Below, piece after piece: positions 1 through 13,228 of a stretch of 59,187 nucleotides of DNA (the stretch's first letter is position 1; each line of letters begins with the position of its first letter). Under the pieces are notes generated by a model. That model did not search any database and had not been told where the DNA came from. It was given only the letters and a program-made list of their open reading frames with translations. Source of the DNA: Nemertoderma westbladi (taxonomy: Eukaryota; Animalia; Xenacoelomorpha); NCBI GenBank assembly GCA_032718475.1, contig JAUCBJ010006530.1, positions 1 to 59,187 on the forward strand, written 5' to 3'. A program made the translations under genes and the position numbers.

Positions 1-747
1 ATCGCTGAGTTAAATCAGTGCAAGGTCAAAGTTTCTACATTAGGAAATTAATACCCCACCTTTTGCATATTAAAATATTCTCACATTCGACATTGTTCCA
101 CCCAGCAAACTGCCTGTATTTCTCTGTGGAAAGTGAACGCCGAGTGCTAAGTCACCCGCACTCATATTAAGTAGCTTAGGAAGCCAATTCAGATTTATTG
201 TTTTGGTTATTTCTGTTTGACTTATAAATTAGAACGATTAGCTCTCTGTTGGGATTTCGACAGAGAAAAGAGCGTGTATGATTGACAGAGCCGTATTGAT
301 GAAAGAATATATCTCTGGACCCTCATGGAAACGAGGTGAAACCTCATGAGGTCATCCACACGTCACTACATACGCCATCCTTCTTGTTTATACTGTACAT
401 TACATTAATTATATTTTACCTATGCTTGTGATGTTGAGACCCATTGTTTTAAAACTAATGCAATTGTGCCACATTTCTCATGTAACCGTGCCATGTAGGT
501 ATGTACAGTACACTACTATGTTATATGCTATATGTTTATATATATTATTAACTATGCATAGTTATATAATATTCATTATTGTTTCACATCGTTGTTTCGC
601 TTCACATTGCGATTTTATCTGTTTAGTGCATTTACTGTAATTTGTTGTTGACATAAAAAAATCAAATCAAATAAAAAATAATACTTATATTTATTAAATC
701 AATAATAATTATTAAGCTTTGGATTGGTATTGTTTTTAAGTGGTTAA

Positions 748-2140
748 CCGTTACAGGAATGGGGGGGGGGGGGGGGGGTTGAATCCACCCCCCTTAAGTT
801 TATCTAGTAATCTGCGCAGAAGCACTGATCGCAGTGAGCTGAAATTTCCTGAGTTTTCCTAAAATTTAACTTTGAATCTCACAAATAAAACGAGAACTTT
901 ATAGCTCTATTAGTTGTCGAGTTATAGGGGGTGTAAAAAAAACATGTCAGCACTTTTCAAGCTAAAATTTGCAACTTTTGAAAGGATTGATGTTGTCAGC
1001 CAGTTTCCCGTTTATAAAGATTTTTTGGTATACCGAATCGAACAATGGTGTTCATTTTACGTCAAAACTTCCCTGAATACATTTTTTGGGGTCCCCACAA
1101 AAGTGGGTGCAACACGAAAATTTCAAATTTTCACTTTCAATAGTACACATTTCCAAAGGTCAATTTTCTGTGTCAAAGGTTTTCGAGGTCGCTGAATCGA
1201 TTTAGACCGATAGATAGATGTCACAGACAAGTGGGATGGTATTTTTCGGGGAGTCATTCAAAAGTGGGTGCGGCATGAAAATTTCAAATTTTCACTTTCA
1301 ATCGTACTTATTTCCAAAGGTCAATTTTCTGTGTACAAAGGTTTTCGAGGTCGCTGAATCGATTTAGACCGATAGATAGATGTCACAGACAAGTGGATGG
1401 TATTTTTCGGGGAGTCCTACAAAAGTGGGCACGGCACGAAAATTTCAGATTTTCACTTTTAATTGTACTCATTTCCAAAGGTAAATTTTCTGTGTACAAA
1501 GGTTTTCGAGGTCGCTGAATCGATTTAGACCGATAGATAGATGTCACAGACAAGTGGGATGGTATTTTTCGGGGAGTCCTACAAAAGTGGGTGCGGCACG
1601 AAAATTTCAAATTTTCACTTTCAATCGTACTCATTTCCAACGGTGAAATTTGTGTGTACAAAGGTTTTCGAGGTCGCTGAATCGATTTAGACCAAGAGAT
1701 TGGTGATGCAGACAAGTGGGATGGTATTTTTCGGGGGATCCTAGAAGTGGGTGCGGCATGAAAAGTTCAAATTTGGGTGCTTCTAAAAAATGGCATAAAT
1801 CAACATTATGAGACGATATGGACCATGAGGTAGGATTCAGTGGGGTCGAAAACCCATAAAACCGGTCGGAAAGTGACTTTTTGACTTGTTTTACTGAAAT
1901 TTTATTTTTTTCAGTGGGTGCACGAAAAGTGCCGTTTCGGTGCCACCCATAACTCGAAAATAAAATTTTTTATCACACACGAGCTAGGTATTTATTTTTT
2001 CACATTACTACCAATTTAAAAAAAAAAATGGCCTGTAATTGGCCAAAATGGAAGGGAGGGGGGGAGGGGGGGGTGGAATCAACCCCCCCCCCCCCCCCCC
2101 CCAGTCCTGGTTCACGGAAAATAGCCAAGTCCTGTAATGG
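748..2140. mobile_element. Non-autonomous piggyBac-like element (TTAA target)
   Basis: TTAA at 744-747 and 2141-2144; terminal inverted repeats CCGTTACAGGA / TCCTGTAATGG plus subterminal G/C-run inverted repeats. The joined flanks match an uninterrupted copy at ~5160-5217 (empty site). Confidence 0.85.
1075..1775. repeat. Tandem repeat, ~161-162 bp unit, ~4 copies, inside the piggyBac-like element
   Basis: AAAAGTGGG..C..CA.GAAAATTTCA recurs at ~1098, 1260, 1420, 1581 and 1744. Confidence 0.9.
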
Positions 2141-2261
2141 TTAAACTATATTAGGTGTTATCATCTCAAAATTATTGCATTTGGCAGTTATTTTTTTGAA
2201 CCCTTTTTTTCTCTTATGACCCCTTTTTTCCGACATTCGGACTGTACTGAATCAACATCTG

Positions 2262-2760
2262 GACTGTGATTCACACAGTAAACGAATAGAACATTGAATT
2301 AAATCAAATAATAACTATTTACATACTTGTGTGTAAAGTAGCACTTTACAGTGTGATGATCCGATAACCTTTGTTACACGAACGAACGTTAGTGAGTGAG
2401 TGAAAATAAAGGCGCCAGGATCAGAACACTGTAATAACTATTTACATACTTTGTGTGAAAAGTAGCACTTTACAGTGTGATGATCCGAGTGGCTTTGTTA
2501 CACGAACGTATGTTAGTGAGTGAGTGAAAATATAGCCACGAGGATCACAACACTGTAAAGTACTTTGCAACAAAGTGTATGTAATTTTATTCAAAAATTT
2601 TAACATTACGAAATGATTGTATACAGTATATATTATTAAGTGATTGCACAAATTAAATTAGTTGCTGTATAAATAAATGTAAAAGTGACATAAATTATGT
2701 TATAAATAAGTTAGCTTATATTTATGGATGGCGTTTGGAGCCATGTTATAATAATATAGC
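2262..2760. repeat. Dispersed repeat with an internal ~123-bp duplication; second copy at 58141-58532
   Basis: GACTGTGATTCACACAGTAA...GCGTTTGGAGCCATGTTATAATAAT is shared in direct orientation. Confidence 0.8.
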
Positions 2761-4006
2761 TAGGCCCTACTGGTTATTAATAGCTACCCCGCCTACCGCT
2801 AGGTATTCCATTAGGCCTATCTGGCTGTCAGGCAAATTTCCACCTATTGTTTACATGGTAACCATTGACACCGTAACATTACAGCTCACCGTCTTCGGTT
2901 ACTAAATAAACTTGGGACATTACAACACCCACTACAATACTGCAATACTAATTGTACAGGCCAATACAATACTGTACTGTATAATGTCCTCTTAAGGTTG
3001 TAAAGTGCTGACTAACAACATGCTGTTAATACTAACGGCGTTGAGTAATGTTACAATCTTGTAGGAAAGGAGCAGGTTACAGAGGCGGGTTTTCCTAACC
3101 AAAACAATAAACGGTCACTTTTTCTAAACAAAAAAATATTGGCAGTGTTGATCATGATATGGTAGAGTAGACATACAGTAGACTGTAGGTATGGTATAAC
3201 ATATATCACAATAGTCATGGTCAATCATAATTACAACAGAAATCAAGACAAATGGTTAATGCTGCACTGCACAGTGTACAGTACCGTAAACTACTCTGGT
3301 TCCGCATCATTAACTATGACTCAGCATCAGCACCACGCAACACAAACCAAAATCCGCACGCCTGTAATGAGGCGTTACCTATCAGACTATAGGCCTACTA
3401 TTCTGTAATACCGATACCGGTATTACAGACTTTAATGACTTTTTATGTATGTATTTCTTCAAACTGTCAGACTGCTGATTTCTGGACTGTCAGACAGTTG
3501 ATTTCAACATGCCTATGCCAAAACATTCAAAATTTGTTGATTTCTGGTCTGTTTGGACAGTTGGTTTCACTATGCCTGTGCCAAAACATTCAAAATTCCA
3601 TGATTTATAGACTGAGATAGATTTCCATATGTCTGTATGTGTATATAATAAAAAGGGGTCAAATGATTAAAAAAAGGGGTCATAAAAAATATTTTTCATA
3701 TTATTTTACATGCTGGAACTGAATAACTAACAGACAGTTTGTGAGGAACTGGATATTGGCTACTAGTCATGTCTGCGCTGTCACTCTCTGTAGGATGCTA
3801 ACCGTTTATTTAGGTTATGGAATTATTCTGTGAGAAAACTTTTTCTTCATTCAAACATCCTTAATAAATGGTTTCTTTATTCACGTGAGCAAATTATTAC
3901 ATGAATAATTACGATAAAACAGCTGAATGAATACTTTATGAAATAAATAAACAAACCTGTTCTAGAATCCAGCCGGATTTAGTTCCATTGTTTCCATCAT
4001 CACATA

Positions 4007-4450
4007 AGGAAACATCCAACCCACACTTGATGTGGTACAACTTTCCTTCTTTGTCTCCACAGACGCATGTTGGATTTACTGGCGAAAGGAAAAGAGCTGA
4101 CAGCAGGGAAAATAGTTTAAGACTTACGGGTAACATTTTTACAGTACTTGTATAGTAAATAACTTTGTAACTAAAGTTATGATAATTTTCTGATAGAGAA
4201 TGGTTTTAATGCCTAAAAATCCTCCTATTTATACACTTTTGACAAAGGCAATTACTTATGCAATGAATAAAGTCTCATAAAGGCAATCAAAGGCGGCAAC
4301 TATTAAAACCTTTATACTGTAGAACAATTATTAGTAACTACCTTAGTGTAGATACCATTGTATGTTAATTTATCACTTTAAATTACATTCCTATATGGTT
4401 AACAGTTAGAGACAGACAGCCTGGCGCTAGCCTATCGTTACAGACAGACT
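4007..4450. repeat. Dispersed repeat; direct copy at ~7641-7940
   Basis: Shared blocks AAGGAAACATCCAACCCACACTT and AGAACAATTATTAGTAACTACCTTAGT. Confidence 0.7.
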
Positions 4451-4720
4451 TCCGGCACCTGGCACCTGTAACAGACAAACTACTTGCGCCTGGCTACCAG
4501 TTACAGACAGATTGTCGCAGCCTGGCACGTTACTGACAGACACCTGTTGACACCTGATAGGGATACCAGTTACAGACTGACCGCTGGTGCCTGCCACCAG
4601 TTACAGACTGACCGCTGGCGCCTGCCACCAGTTACAGACAGACTGCTGGCACCTGGATAGGGATACCAGTTACAGACTGACTTCTGGCACCTGTAACTGA
4701 CAAACTCCTTGCGCCTGGCT
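4405..4720. repeat. Degenerate minisatellite (CCAGTTACAGAC core, ~30-40 bp units)
   Basis: Repeated GTTACAGAC(T/A)GA...CTGGC units. Confidence 0.75.
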
Positions 4721-4722
4721 AC

Positions 4723-5013
4723 AGCCCCGTTCACATCCAATGGTGCGTGAGCGGTAAAGTAGTCTGGCGGTATTGAAGCGGTAAGCCAGCGGTACACTAC
4801 CCGGAGCCCGTTCACACCCAACGTTACCGTTGCAGGGTAGACTGTGAATTCAACACGAAATTACATTAATTGTTTTAACATTGTTTAAATGGGCTGAGGT
4901 AAACCGTGCGGTTTAGTGCACAACTACCTGTTGGGTCGTTCACAGACAGCGGTGTACCGCTGGCCCTGCGGTACACCGCGCGGTGTACCATTCTGTTGGA
5001 TGTGAACGGGCCT
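4723..5013. mobile_element. MITE, PIF/Harbinger-like
   Basis: Terminal inverted repeat CCCGTTCACATCCAA / TTGGATGTGAACGGG; right flank TAA; left TSD imperfect. Confidence 0.6.
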
Positions 5014-5267
5014 TAACAGTTACAGACATATTTTAATATAACTAATAAACTTACATTAACGACTCCACATTGTCCATCATTTGTTTGTAATAATAAATAA
5101 ATTATATATAGTTATTGATGAAAGAATAATACATTTATTTACTAAATCAATAATATTTATTAAGCGTTGATATGGTATTGTTTTTAAAGTGGTTAAGATA
5201 TTGAATGTTATCATCTCCTCTGTCATCATCTGGGTTTGTTCAGAAGTGGAAAAAATGAGAAAGCGCG

Positions 5268-5353
5268 TCACCGGGGGTTGAGCCAGCGCTATACGTACGT
5301 TTCGGCCTAACAGGCCTCATCAGGCCTAACCAGTTCAGCCACTAACCCCTGAC
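5268..5353 (-). ncRNA. Probable hammerhead ribozyme relic within a tRNA-like (Pol III promoter-like) scaffold
   Basis: Minus strand reads CTGATGA-GGCCT GTT AGGCC-GAAAC-GTAC-GTA: conserved core, perfect stem II and short palindromic stem III. Flanked by A-box-like TGGCTGAACTGG and B-box-like GGCTCAACCC. Stem I pairing is poor. Confidence 0.6.
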
Positions 5354-6242
5354 AGTCACACTCCCACCTAATCCACTTCTATTGAACGGGCAGTCTTAGA
5401 CTGCCCGATCTGGACTGTCAGAAGTGTCAGATTTTAAACTCTGAATCTAAAGAGCATCTCCATCGTTGTACATACGGAATCAGAATTCAGATGGTCTGAA
5501 TCTGATATCCAACGTGCGTTTCGTCTGATATTAGTCTAATATTGATCGCATTGATCGTTCGTATATTAGATACATACCGTATTTCGCAGTATTATTTATT
5601 TTAATTTAATTCAGCCTCATATAGGGAATCTAAAATTTCAACAAGGAATTACGGCACTATTGGTCTAAACTTCTAACCCTACTTGAATTCTTCTGGCCAA
5701 AAAAATTAAAGAGTGATTTCAGGATTCCAAAAATAGTTTGAATTGGTTTGGGTTTGGAATAACAGTTGTTCTCTGACATTTCATATTTCGTTAAGAACCA
5801 TTTTCGTTGCCGCTTTTATGGCCGCTTTTTTTGTCACGTTTTCACTGCGTTTTTTGACGGTTTTTTGCCATGTCTTTTTCATTGCTTGACTTTAACCCTA
5901 TTACAGTCACAATCCCAATAAGCATTAACTTGGTCATTTTGGCCGCGTTGCCGCGAAGTTTTGCTTTTCACAATCTTGTCAATAAAAATATTAAAAATAT
6001 ATATACAGTATAATTCGCGGAAACTGCGGTGTTGCGTGGGGGCCACCAAGAATATTAACTTACTCAAAATATTTATATCTTAGTGGAATTTCGATCACTT
6101 TATTTCTCATTTAGATGTATATTGTATTGTTAGTTACTGTAATTCGTGATATTTGAAGTGTGGCGTAATTAAGTTTCGGTCAAGGAGTAGGATAAAATAT
6201 GAAAGTATATAATATGAAGGAGGAGGAGTGAGGGTGCAGACT

Positions 6243-6318
6243 GGGCTAGCGTGGTGAATGGCGTCCTTGAACACGCAAACTGTTGTACCTGCCTACGACC
6301 TGCGTTCGGGACCAACCC
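6243..6318 (+). mobile_element. Possible tRNA-derived SINE head
   Basis: A-box-like TAGCGTGGTGAATGG and B-box-like GTTCGGGACC; no intact cloverleaf. Confidence 0.25.
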
Positions 6319-6414
6319 ATTATTAGTATAAGGTCGGTATATATCTTTATCCTGCCGCTCTCTTTGTATTACAATAGCATAAAGCTAACCAATTGTCTAC
6401 TCCCAGTATACTCC

Positions 6415-7205
6415 AAGTATAAAACAGAGTTATGACTTAAACTAATCACAACTACAGTAGATGGCCACAGAGTTTCGTAAAAGGCGCAATCTTTAGGAAA
6501 TGCTTTATTAACCTTCACACTACTTCACACTAATTCACACTAATTTGCCGACCGTCACTGATTTTGATCATATATAAGGAGGATTGCAACTGACACATGT
6601 AGGGATTATGAAACATCATTTAATTCACACAAAAACCACTATAATGTAAGTCGCAGTTGCTACCGGTAGACCCTTCTCTTACCTCAGTAATTAAGAAAGT
6701 TGAGGGGTTTACGATTATTTATCGGTATTCTCCAAATATAACATCCATTAATATAAACAGCAATTAACAACAATATAAAATAGCATTAAGACAGTGCGGT
6801 GAACAGAGTCAGTATGCGTTATAAGAGTGTCGTGTAATATTAAATGAGTTATGATGTTATTAATAGATTTACGTTCTTATAACTCCAGCCATCAGATGTT
6901 TTTTGGGCAAAGTCTGAAACGTCTGGACTTAGGGCTGAATCCAGAATGGAATAGGATTCTCAAAAAAACATAAACTGCGCTTGAGCCAATTTCCACATGT
7001 CTCTATTGGCATAACTGGGAAGATTGCTCTGATTGGCTGAAATATGCCCAAACAAAGAAACCTCCACGTACACAACGAATCAGCTGACAGATTTCGTCAT
7101 CTCAGTTTATTTCTGATCGACGCGTAGTTGAACAATTCTAGGCCTTTTTAGAGTATTCAGCGCATTGCGTAAAAATGACTTGTTATGTCCGCAAAAGCTT
7201 TTACA
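6415..7205. repeat. Dispersed repeat family copy 1, inverted relative to 10422-11271
   Basis: AAGTATAAAACAGAGTTATG...GTCCGCAAAAGCTTTTACA matches the reverse complement of 10422-11271. Confidence 0.85.
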
Positions 7206-8337
7206 GTGTCCGGACATTGGAGCCTTTCTCTATCTGCCAACATGCAGTGCTTTACACTCAGTCTCTATTCACTGGAGTTTCTCAGGAGTTCTTTTCATGA
7301 ATGCCGCAGTATATACTGTATTTGGCCATTTTGGTCATTTTGGCCGCTAAAATGACCAAGTCAATGCTTATTGGGATTGGGACTGTAGTACCTAGCTATA
7401 AAAATTTGTGCAAATACCGGGGGGGGGGGGGTCATATTGACACATGCCCCCCCCCCCCCCCCCCCCCTCTAAAATCCAAAAATTTTTTGGAAAAAATGTA
7501 CTGGGGTGGTTATATTGCAGCATAAAAATTACAAGTAGTGAACAATTTTCACAAAATTTGAAAGTTACATTTTTGGGTCAATTGTTTTTCAATACAGGTT
7601 TTCTGGGGCGTCATTTTTTTGAGTGTATAAACTGGACTAAAAGGAAACATCCAACCCACACTTTATAAGGTAAAACTTCCCTTCTTTGTCGCAGAAGTCT
7701 GTTGGATTTACAGGCGGAAGGAAAAGAGCTGATGCAATCAATAAAGTATCATAAAGTCAATCAAATGCGGCAAGTATTAAAACCTTTATAGAACAATTAT
7801 TAGTAACTACCTTAGTATAGATACCATTGTATGTTAATTATCACATTAAATTACATTCTTATGATCAACGGTCACAGACAGACTGCTTGGCGCCGGCCTA
7901 GCAGTTACATACAGACTACTGACACCTGACTACCAGTTACAGACTGGGGCGTCGCCCATTTTTACAACAACGTAATTTATTTGAACAGTGAAAAAAACAA
8001 TAATAAAATAAAAGGTTAATAAATTCGACATTTAATATTTATTACAACATACAGTAGAGCATGATAATATTTTGCAGCATCGTAAGGGTACAAGAACAGT
8101 GGTTAATTAGAACTACCGCAAAGTATCTGCGGGTTCTTGGGACGCCAGTGCCCGTTAGACATTAGCGCCCGCCAGCGACTTAGTTAGTATATGTAATAAA
8201 TGGAGACATTTATGGAGACAATGAAGACATTTCCCGCTTCTTTAGTTCCTGCTGATACAAACGAGTCGATACTTTCTGTTTCTTCAAATTTCAAATATAA
8301 TTTCCAGTCTTTAGTTCTGGCATCTCGTTATTTAACA

Positions 8338-8645
8338 TTTAAGGTCTGATTATTTACAGCAGCAGTAGTTCCAGTACTCCTCTATGGGAGACCATGCTGG
8401 GCTCTAACTGCTGAGGACACCAAATCTCTGGATGGCACATTCACAAGAATGCTACGCCGGGCTCATTGTGTCAAGTACAATGCACACATCTCCAACCAGA
8501 CACTACAGTATATAACATTGGAGGTGTCTCATTGGTTCCCACAAGCTTGACACTAGAACAAAATCGCCTCTGCTTTGCAGGACATTGCTTTCGCCGTGAG
8601 GACCAGCCAGTGCATAATCTTGTACTTTTGCAGCCTCATGGAATC
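8338..8645 (+). pseudogene. RTE-like LINE, RT C-terminal fragment
   Basis: AVVPVLLYG..CWALT...KSLDGTFTRMLRR...RLCFAGHCFR; same family as 14900-15512. Confidence 0.8.
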
Positions 8646-9950
8646 ACTGGCACGATTGGTCTTAATGCTCTTTGCAGCAGCCTTCACTTCTGCAAAGGTG
8701 ATATCACCAATGGGAATATCTGGGAGTACAGACTCAGATACTTTTACTTCTATAAAGTTATCAGGCAATACCCTGTCATTATTGAGGTGCTTTTCAAAGT
8801 GGGCCTTCCAACCATTGAGGCGATCGGCTGGTGATTCAGCCTTAACCTTGGTGGTTGGTTGGCTTTTTCGACCAACAAGCAACTTGATCGATCTCAATGC
8901 CTGGGATGATTGCCTGCTGTCGTCAGCATCATTGATGGCATCAACCTGTTGGTTTATTAGCTCCTGTAAATGCCTGTTCTGAGTACTGTACTCTGAACTC
9001 TGTAAAAGTGTACTGCCTGTTCAGGGACCTAGATGCAGCCTTAACTGCATTCTTGGCCGCTGTAGTCTGTTTGAGTCGGGATTCTTTCTGCGCCTTGTAG
9101 AGGTCATTTCGGCACTTCTGAATTTTGTTGTCAGTCCAGGGGGCCCGTTTCCTGTTTCGAGGGTATACAGGAACTGTTTCTGCAGCTGCTAACTTAACTG
9201 CCTCTGTGAAGGCAGTATAGCCCTCACAGTGATCTGCCGCCTCAGAGGCAAGAGCCTCATACCTGTTGCTCAGCTGTAGTGTGAAGCTGGATCTCACACT
9301 TGGCTATTGCAACAGAGAGGACCAGTCATGCCGCGGCAAGGCAGAATTCGTTGTTCTGCTAGCACGCAGACTAAGTCTTACCTTGGCCACAATAAGGCGG
9401 TGATCACTGGAGAAGGGTCGTAGTGTAAATGCATTACAGTCTTGTATAGAGCTCCTGTATTTCCTACGAAACAGGATATTGTGAGGGGATACTGGGACTT
9501 GTGACCACTGGGTCCACTATGAGTCCATAGCTTTCCAGTTCGCTTCTTGAACTGGGTTCCAGCCGAAAACAATCCATTTCCAGAGATAAAATCCTAAAGA
9601 TGGACGGAATTTCGGTTGACACTTTTGCTATAGACCCAGGTCGATGTAGGTGATTGATGCAGACTTGCATTAAAGTCTCCCGAGGAATGTTAAGAATGCA
9701 TGCTGATCCACTCCATCAGTAGCTGCTTGTAGATTCTGGTAGAAATTTTCCACCTCCTCTACAGGAGCAACACTAGTTGGAGAGTAGCACACAATCAGAA
9801 CCATCTTAGGAAACTTCATAGCCAGTCTTCCAGAACATGAGAAGTGGCAACGGATGATGCGGTTAGAGATTTGGTCTATTTTGTCCAATGCTGCATGTGC
9901 AGTTGGATTCATCAATAGACCAATTCCACCATTGCCACTATCATCTGCTG
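8640..9950 (-). pseudogene. RTE-like LINE, AP endonuclease to pre-RT fragment (frameshifted)
   Basis: ISNRII, LIVCYSPT, EEVENFYQNLQ, GDFNA-like, WTHSGPSGHKSQ, APWTD, WKAHFEKHLN and ITFAEVKAAAKSIK in successive ORFs. Confidence 0.85.
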
Positions 9951-10421
9951 ATATAGATATAGATTTATTATTTCTACAAATAGATTTATGAATATAGATT
10001 TATTTATTTATTATGAATTTATTTCGATAATATCTCTGGCAATTGTTTGTAAAATTTAAAACGGTTTTCAGAATTACATCCCAAAGACAAAAAATAAAGC
10101 CAGTAAAGATTGTTAAATATTGCCAAACTTTAGTGAGAAATGTATTCCATTCAAAAAATATAATATATTGTCTCATTTATTCAACGTAATCTGATGTCAA
10201 AAATTCAAGTTTTTCGCAATTTTAAAGAAAAACATTCAAAAATCGACAATCTCCGTAAAGCTGACACCGTGGAATTGCACAGAAATATAAAATTCGTCTC
10301 TAAAATTGGTAAACTAAAGTGGAAATAAATAAGGAATGCTCACACACAAATGTCAGGGAAAATGTCAGGGTATTATTGTAAAAATAAGACAAAACAGTGA
10401 AAAGTCAGGGGTTACAGTATA

Positions 10422-11560
10422 TGTAAAAGCTTTTGCGGACATAAAAAGTCATTTTTACGCAATGCGCAGAATACTCTAAAATAGCCCTAAATGTATCCAA
10501 CTACGCGACGGGAAGGAATTAGAACCAAGATGACGAAATCTGTCAGCTGATTCTTTCTGGACGTGGAGGTTCTTTGTTCTGCCTTATTTAGCCAATCAGA
10601 GCAATTTTCCCTTTATGTCTGACAGAGGCCTATGGAAACTCGCGCAATGCATTACGGTCTTTGTTTACTTTTTTCTGAGCACCAGAACCGGCTCGGAATT
10701 TTTCTGTGCTTCTGTGTGGAAGTTTCAGACTTTGGCCTAAGAAACATCAGATGGCCTTGATTATAAGAACGTAAATCTATTAACATGGAATATTACTTGT
10801 CATTGAACACTGCACATTGCTTTAACTCATTTTATCACTTAATCACTGAACATTACGGTATTTTAACACATACTGACTGTTCACCGCATTATTTTACTTA
10901 TGTTATTAATTGTTGTTATATTAATGGATATTGCTGTTATATTTGGAGAATACCGATAAATAATCATAAACCCCTCAATCTTCTTGATTACTGAGGTAAG
11001 AGGAACAGGTTTACCGGTAGCAACTGCGACTTACATAATATTGGTTTTGTGTGAATTAAATGCTATTTCATAATCCCTACGTGTGTCAGTTGCGATCCTC
11101 CTTATATATGATCGAATTCAGTGACGGTCGGCAGATTAGTGCGAAGTAGTGTGAAGTCGTGTGAAGTAGTGTGAAGGTTAATAAAGCAACTCCTAAAGAA
11201 TGCGCTATTTACCAAACTCTGTGGCCATCTAGTTGTGATTAGTATAATTCATAACTCTGTTTTTATACTTAAAGCGCCACGTCCTAAAGGAACTGTTAAT
11301 ATTTCTCCGAAAATAAATATATTTGTCAGAGATTATATATTAACGATCAATCGAATAATACTGTAGGTCTACACTGCCATAACTCTCAATGAATCCGAAT
11401 CCAGTCTCCCACACCTTGGGTGATAGGTCGCGCACGGACTGGCTTCGGCTGATGTAACTTCAGTACACTAGGTAATTGATATAGGCTAAAGTCGATTTAT
11501 AAACAAGAGGACAACTAAAATTGGCAGGTTAAACTGCTAAAGGTCTAAAAGCGCGAACAG
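10422..11560. repeat. Dispersed repeat family copy 2 (~1.1 kb)
   Basis: Inverted match to 6415-7205; direct match to 55320-56403, including AAAGCGCCACGTCCTAAAGGAACTGTTAATATTTC and GGCAGGTTAAACTGCTAAAGGTCT. Confidence 0.85.
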
Positions 11561-13228
11561 TATATACAGGACATGAGTTATAAGCGCAAACCGTTTTTTA
11601 GACGTTTTTTTTTTAAATATTATATACTGTTATATAATATTTAAAAAAACCGTCATAAATGAAAAGTTAAAATCATTAAAGGATGGGGGGGGGGGGGGGC
11701 TATCTCAACTTCGCCACGCCTCTGGTGCAGTCTGCAAGGTGCAACAGCTATGTTAATTATTGGATTCGACACCCGGCATTAGTGCTCAGAATTATTATTA
11801 CAGTACAGTATTATACGCTTCGACCTACAGAATTCCGCCGGATTTCCTAAACAAATCGCAGAGGAAACTGGAAACCCTTTTCCTTTCCACGACAACTACA
11901 AGCGGGGATATCGCTTGATATCCCTCCTGTATTCCGGGGCGCCACATCGGAATCATTCCGACCCCACTCCCGCTTCCCCCGTGTCTACCCGACTCCCGTA
12001 GTCAGGGCGACTGATCGCTCGGAATATATCCGGGTTGGTATGACAGCCCCTGATTCCGGTTCATTTAGGACTCCTCTTCGCTCCCTCGCTTTGGCACAGG
12101 AACCGTTCCAGAAACCCAATAACTGGCGATATTCAAACGGACGCGTAAAAATATAATAGGATTTATTTGTATATTATTAGGTAATAAAGAATTTTAATTA
12201 ACAATTAATTTGTTTAATTATATGAAAAGATTTTGAATTTGAAAAGTCCAAATTTTGCTCTCGGACTTCCTCCGACGTTCTCAAAGATAAAAGATATTAG
12301 GTAATATTAGGAAGACAACTGATACGGATGTTGAAATATTTAAGGCAACACTTATGAGTTAAGGTTCACCTTAGCTAAGGTTTATTTATATGCAACCGGC
12401 CCCTCCTGGTCTAACAGCAAGTTAAGTAAATAAAGCGAAGTTATTGCAACTATAATTTATTAATATATTGTAAATATTAACCAAACATAAACCAATAACC
12501 CATAACCACCACACATATAAACTGTTAACATATAGCAGAATAGCCAAGATTCAGTCTCTTCTAAAACTTATTGGGAATTCAAACTGCAAAATAAATAATA
12601 AAAACGTTAAAATAAATAATTTTATAGTAAAAAACGATATTTATTCCGGAACTCCAGTATTATTAATTGCTTACCGGTCTACCGAGAGCCTGTTAAATAG
12701 AATACGACAATAAGATAACATTATTTTAGGTGCTGTATACAATATTTGTAAACCTATCTCTCACACATTCTCAGATTTAATCCCCTGCGTACAGAGTAGG
12801 GCCCCTAAGTAGTTTTTGTAGCAGATTGTTCGGTGTTTATACTGTACTATATGTGTATGTAATATAATTTGTATCTAATATTTCGTGCTGTGCTATTTCG
12901 TTTTTACTATGGGCCCCAGCGGCGTGGAATAATAATAAATAACATTAATAATTGTTATTAACTTTTCACCCAAATATATTATATCGTATATTTTATTTAT
13001 ATTTATATAAATATTTTATTTAATATTTATTATTATATTAATTTTTTATCATTTATTATTATTTGTTTAACATTTTAATGTTTTAAATTTATTATTATTA
13101 TTTTTTATAATTAATTTTTTATATTTTATTAATATTATTTATATATTTTATAATTAAATATAAAAGTGAGTTACCAACGCAACTCTATTGAAATTATTTA
13201 GTAATTTTATACAAAACTTACAGTTTTA

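Noticed and set aside
914-1715. ORFs with internal repeats
   Set aside because: Products of the 162-bp tandem repeat.
11820-12150. GC-rich island between repeats
   Set aside because: No ORF, repeat partner or recognisable RNA motif could be identified by eye.
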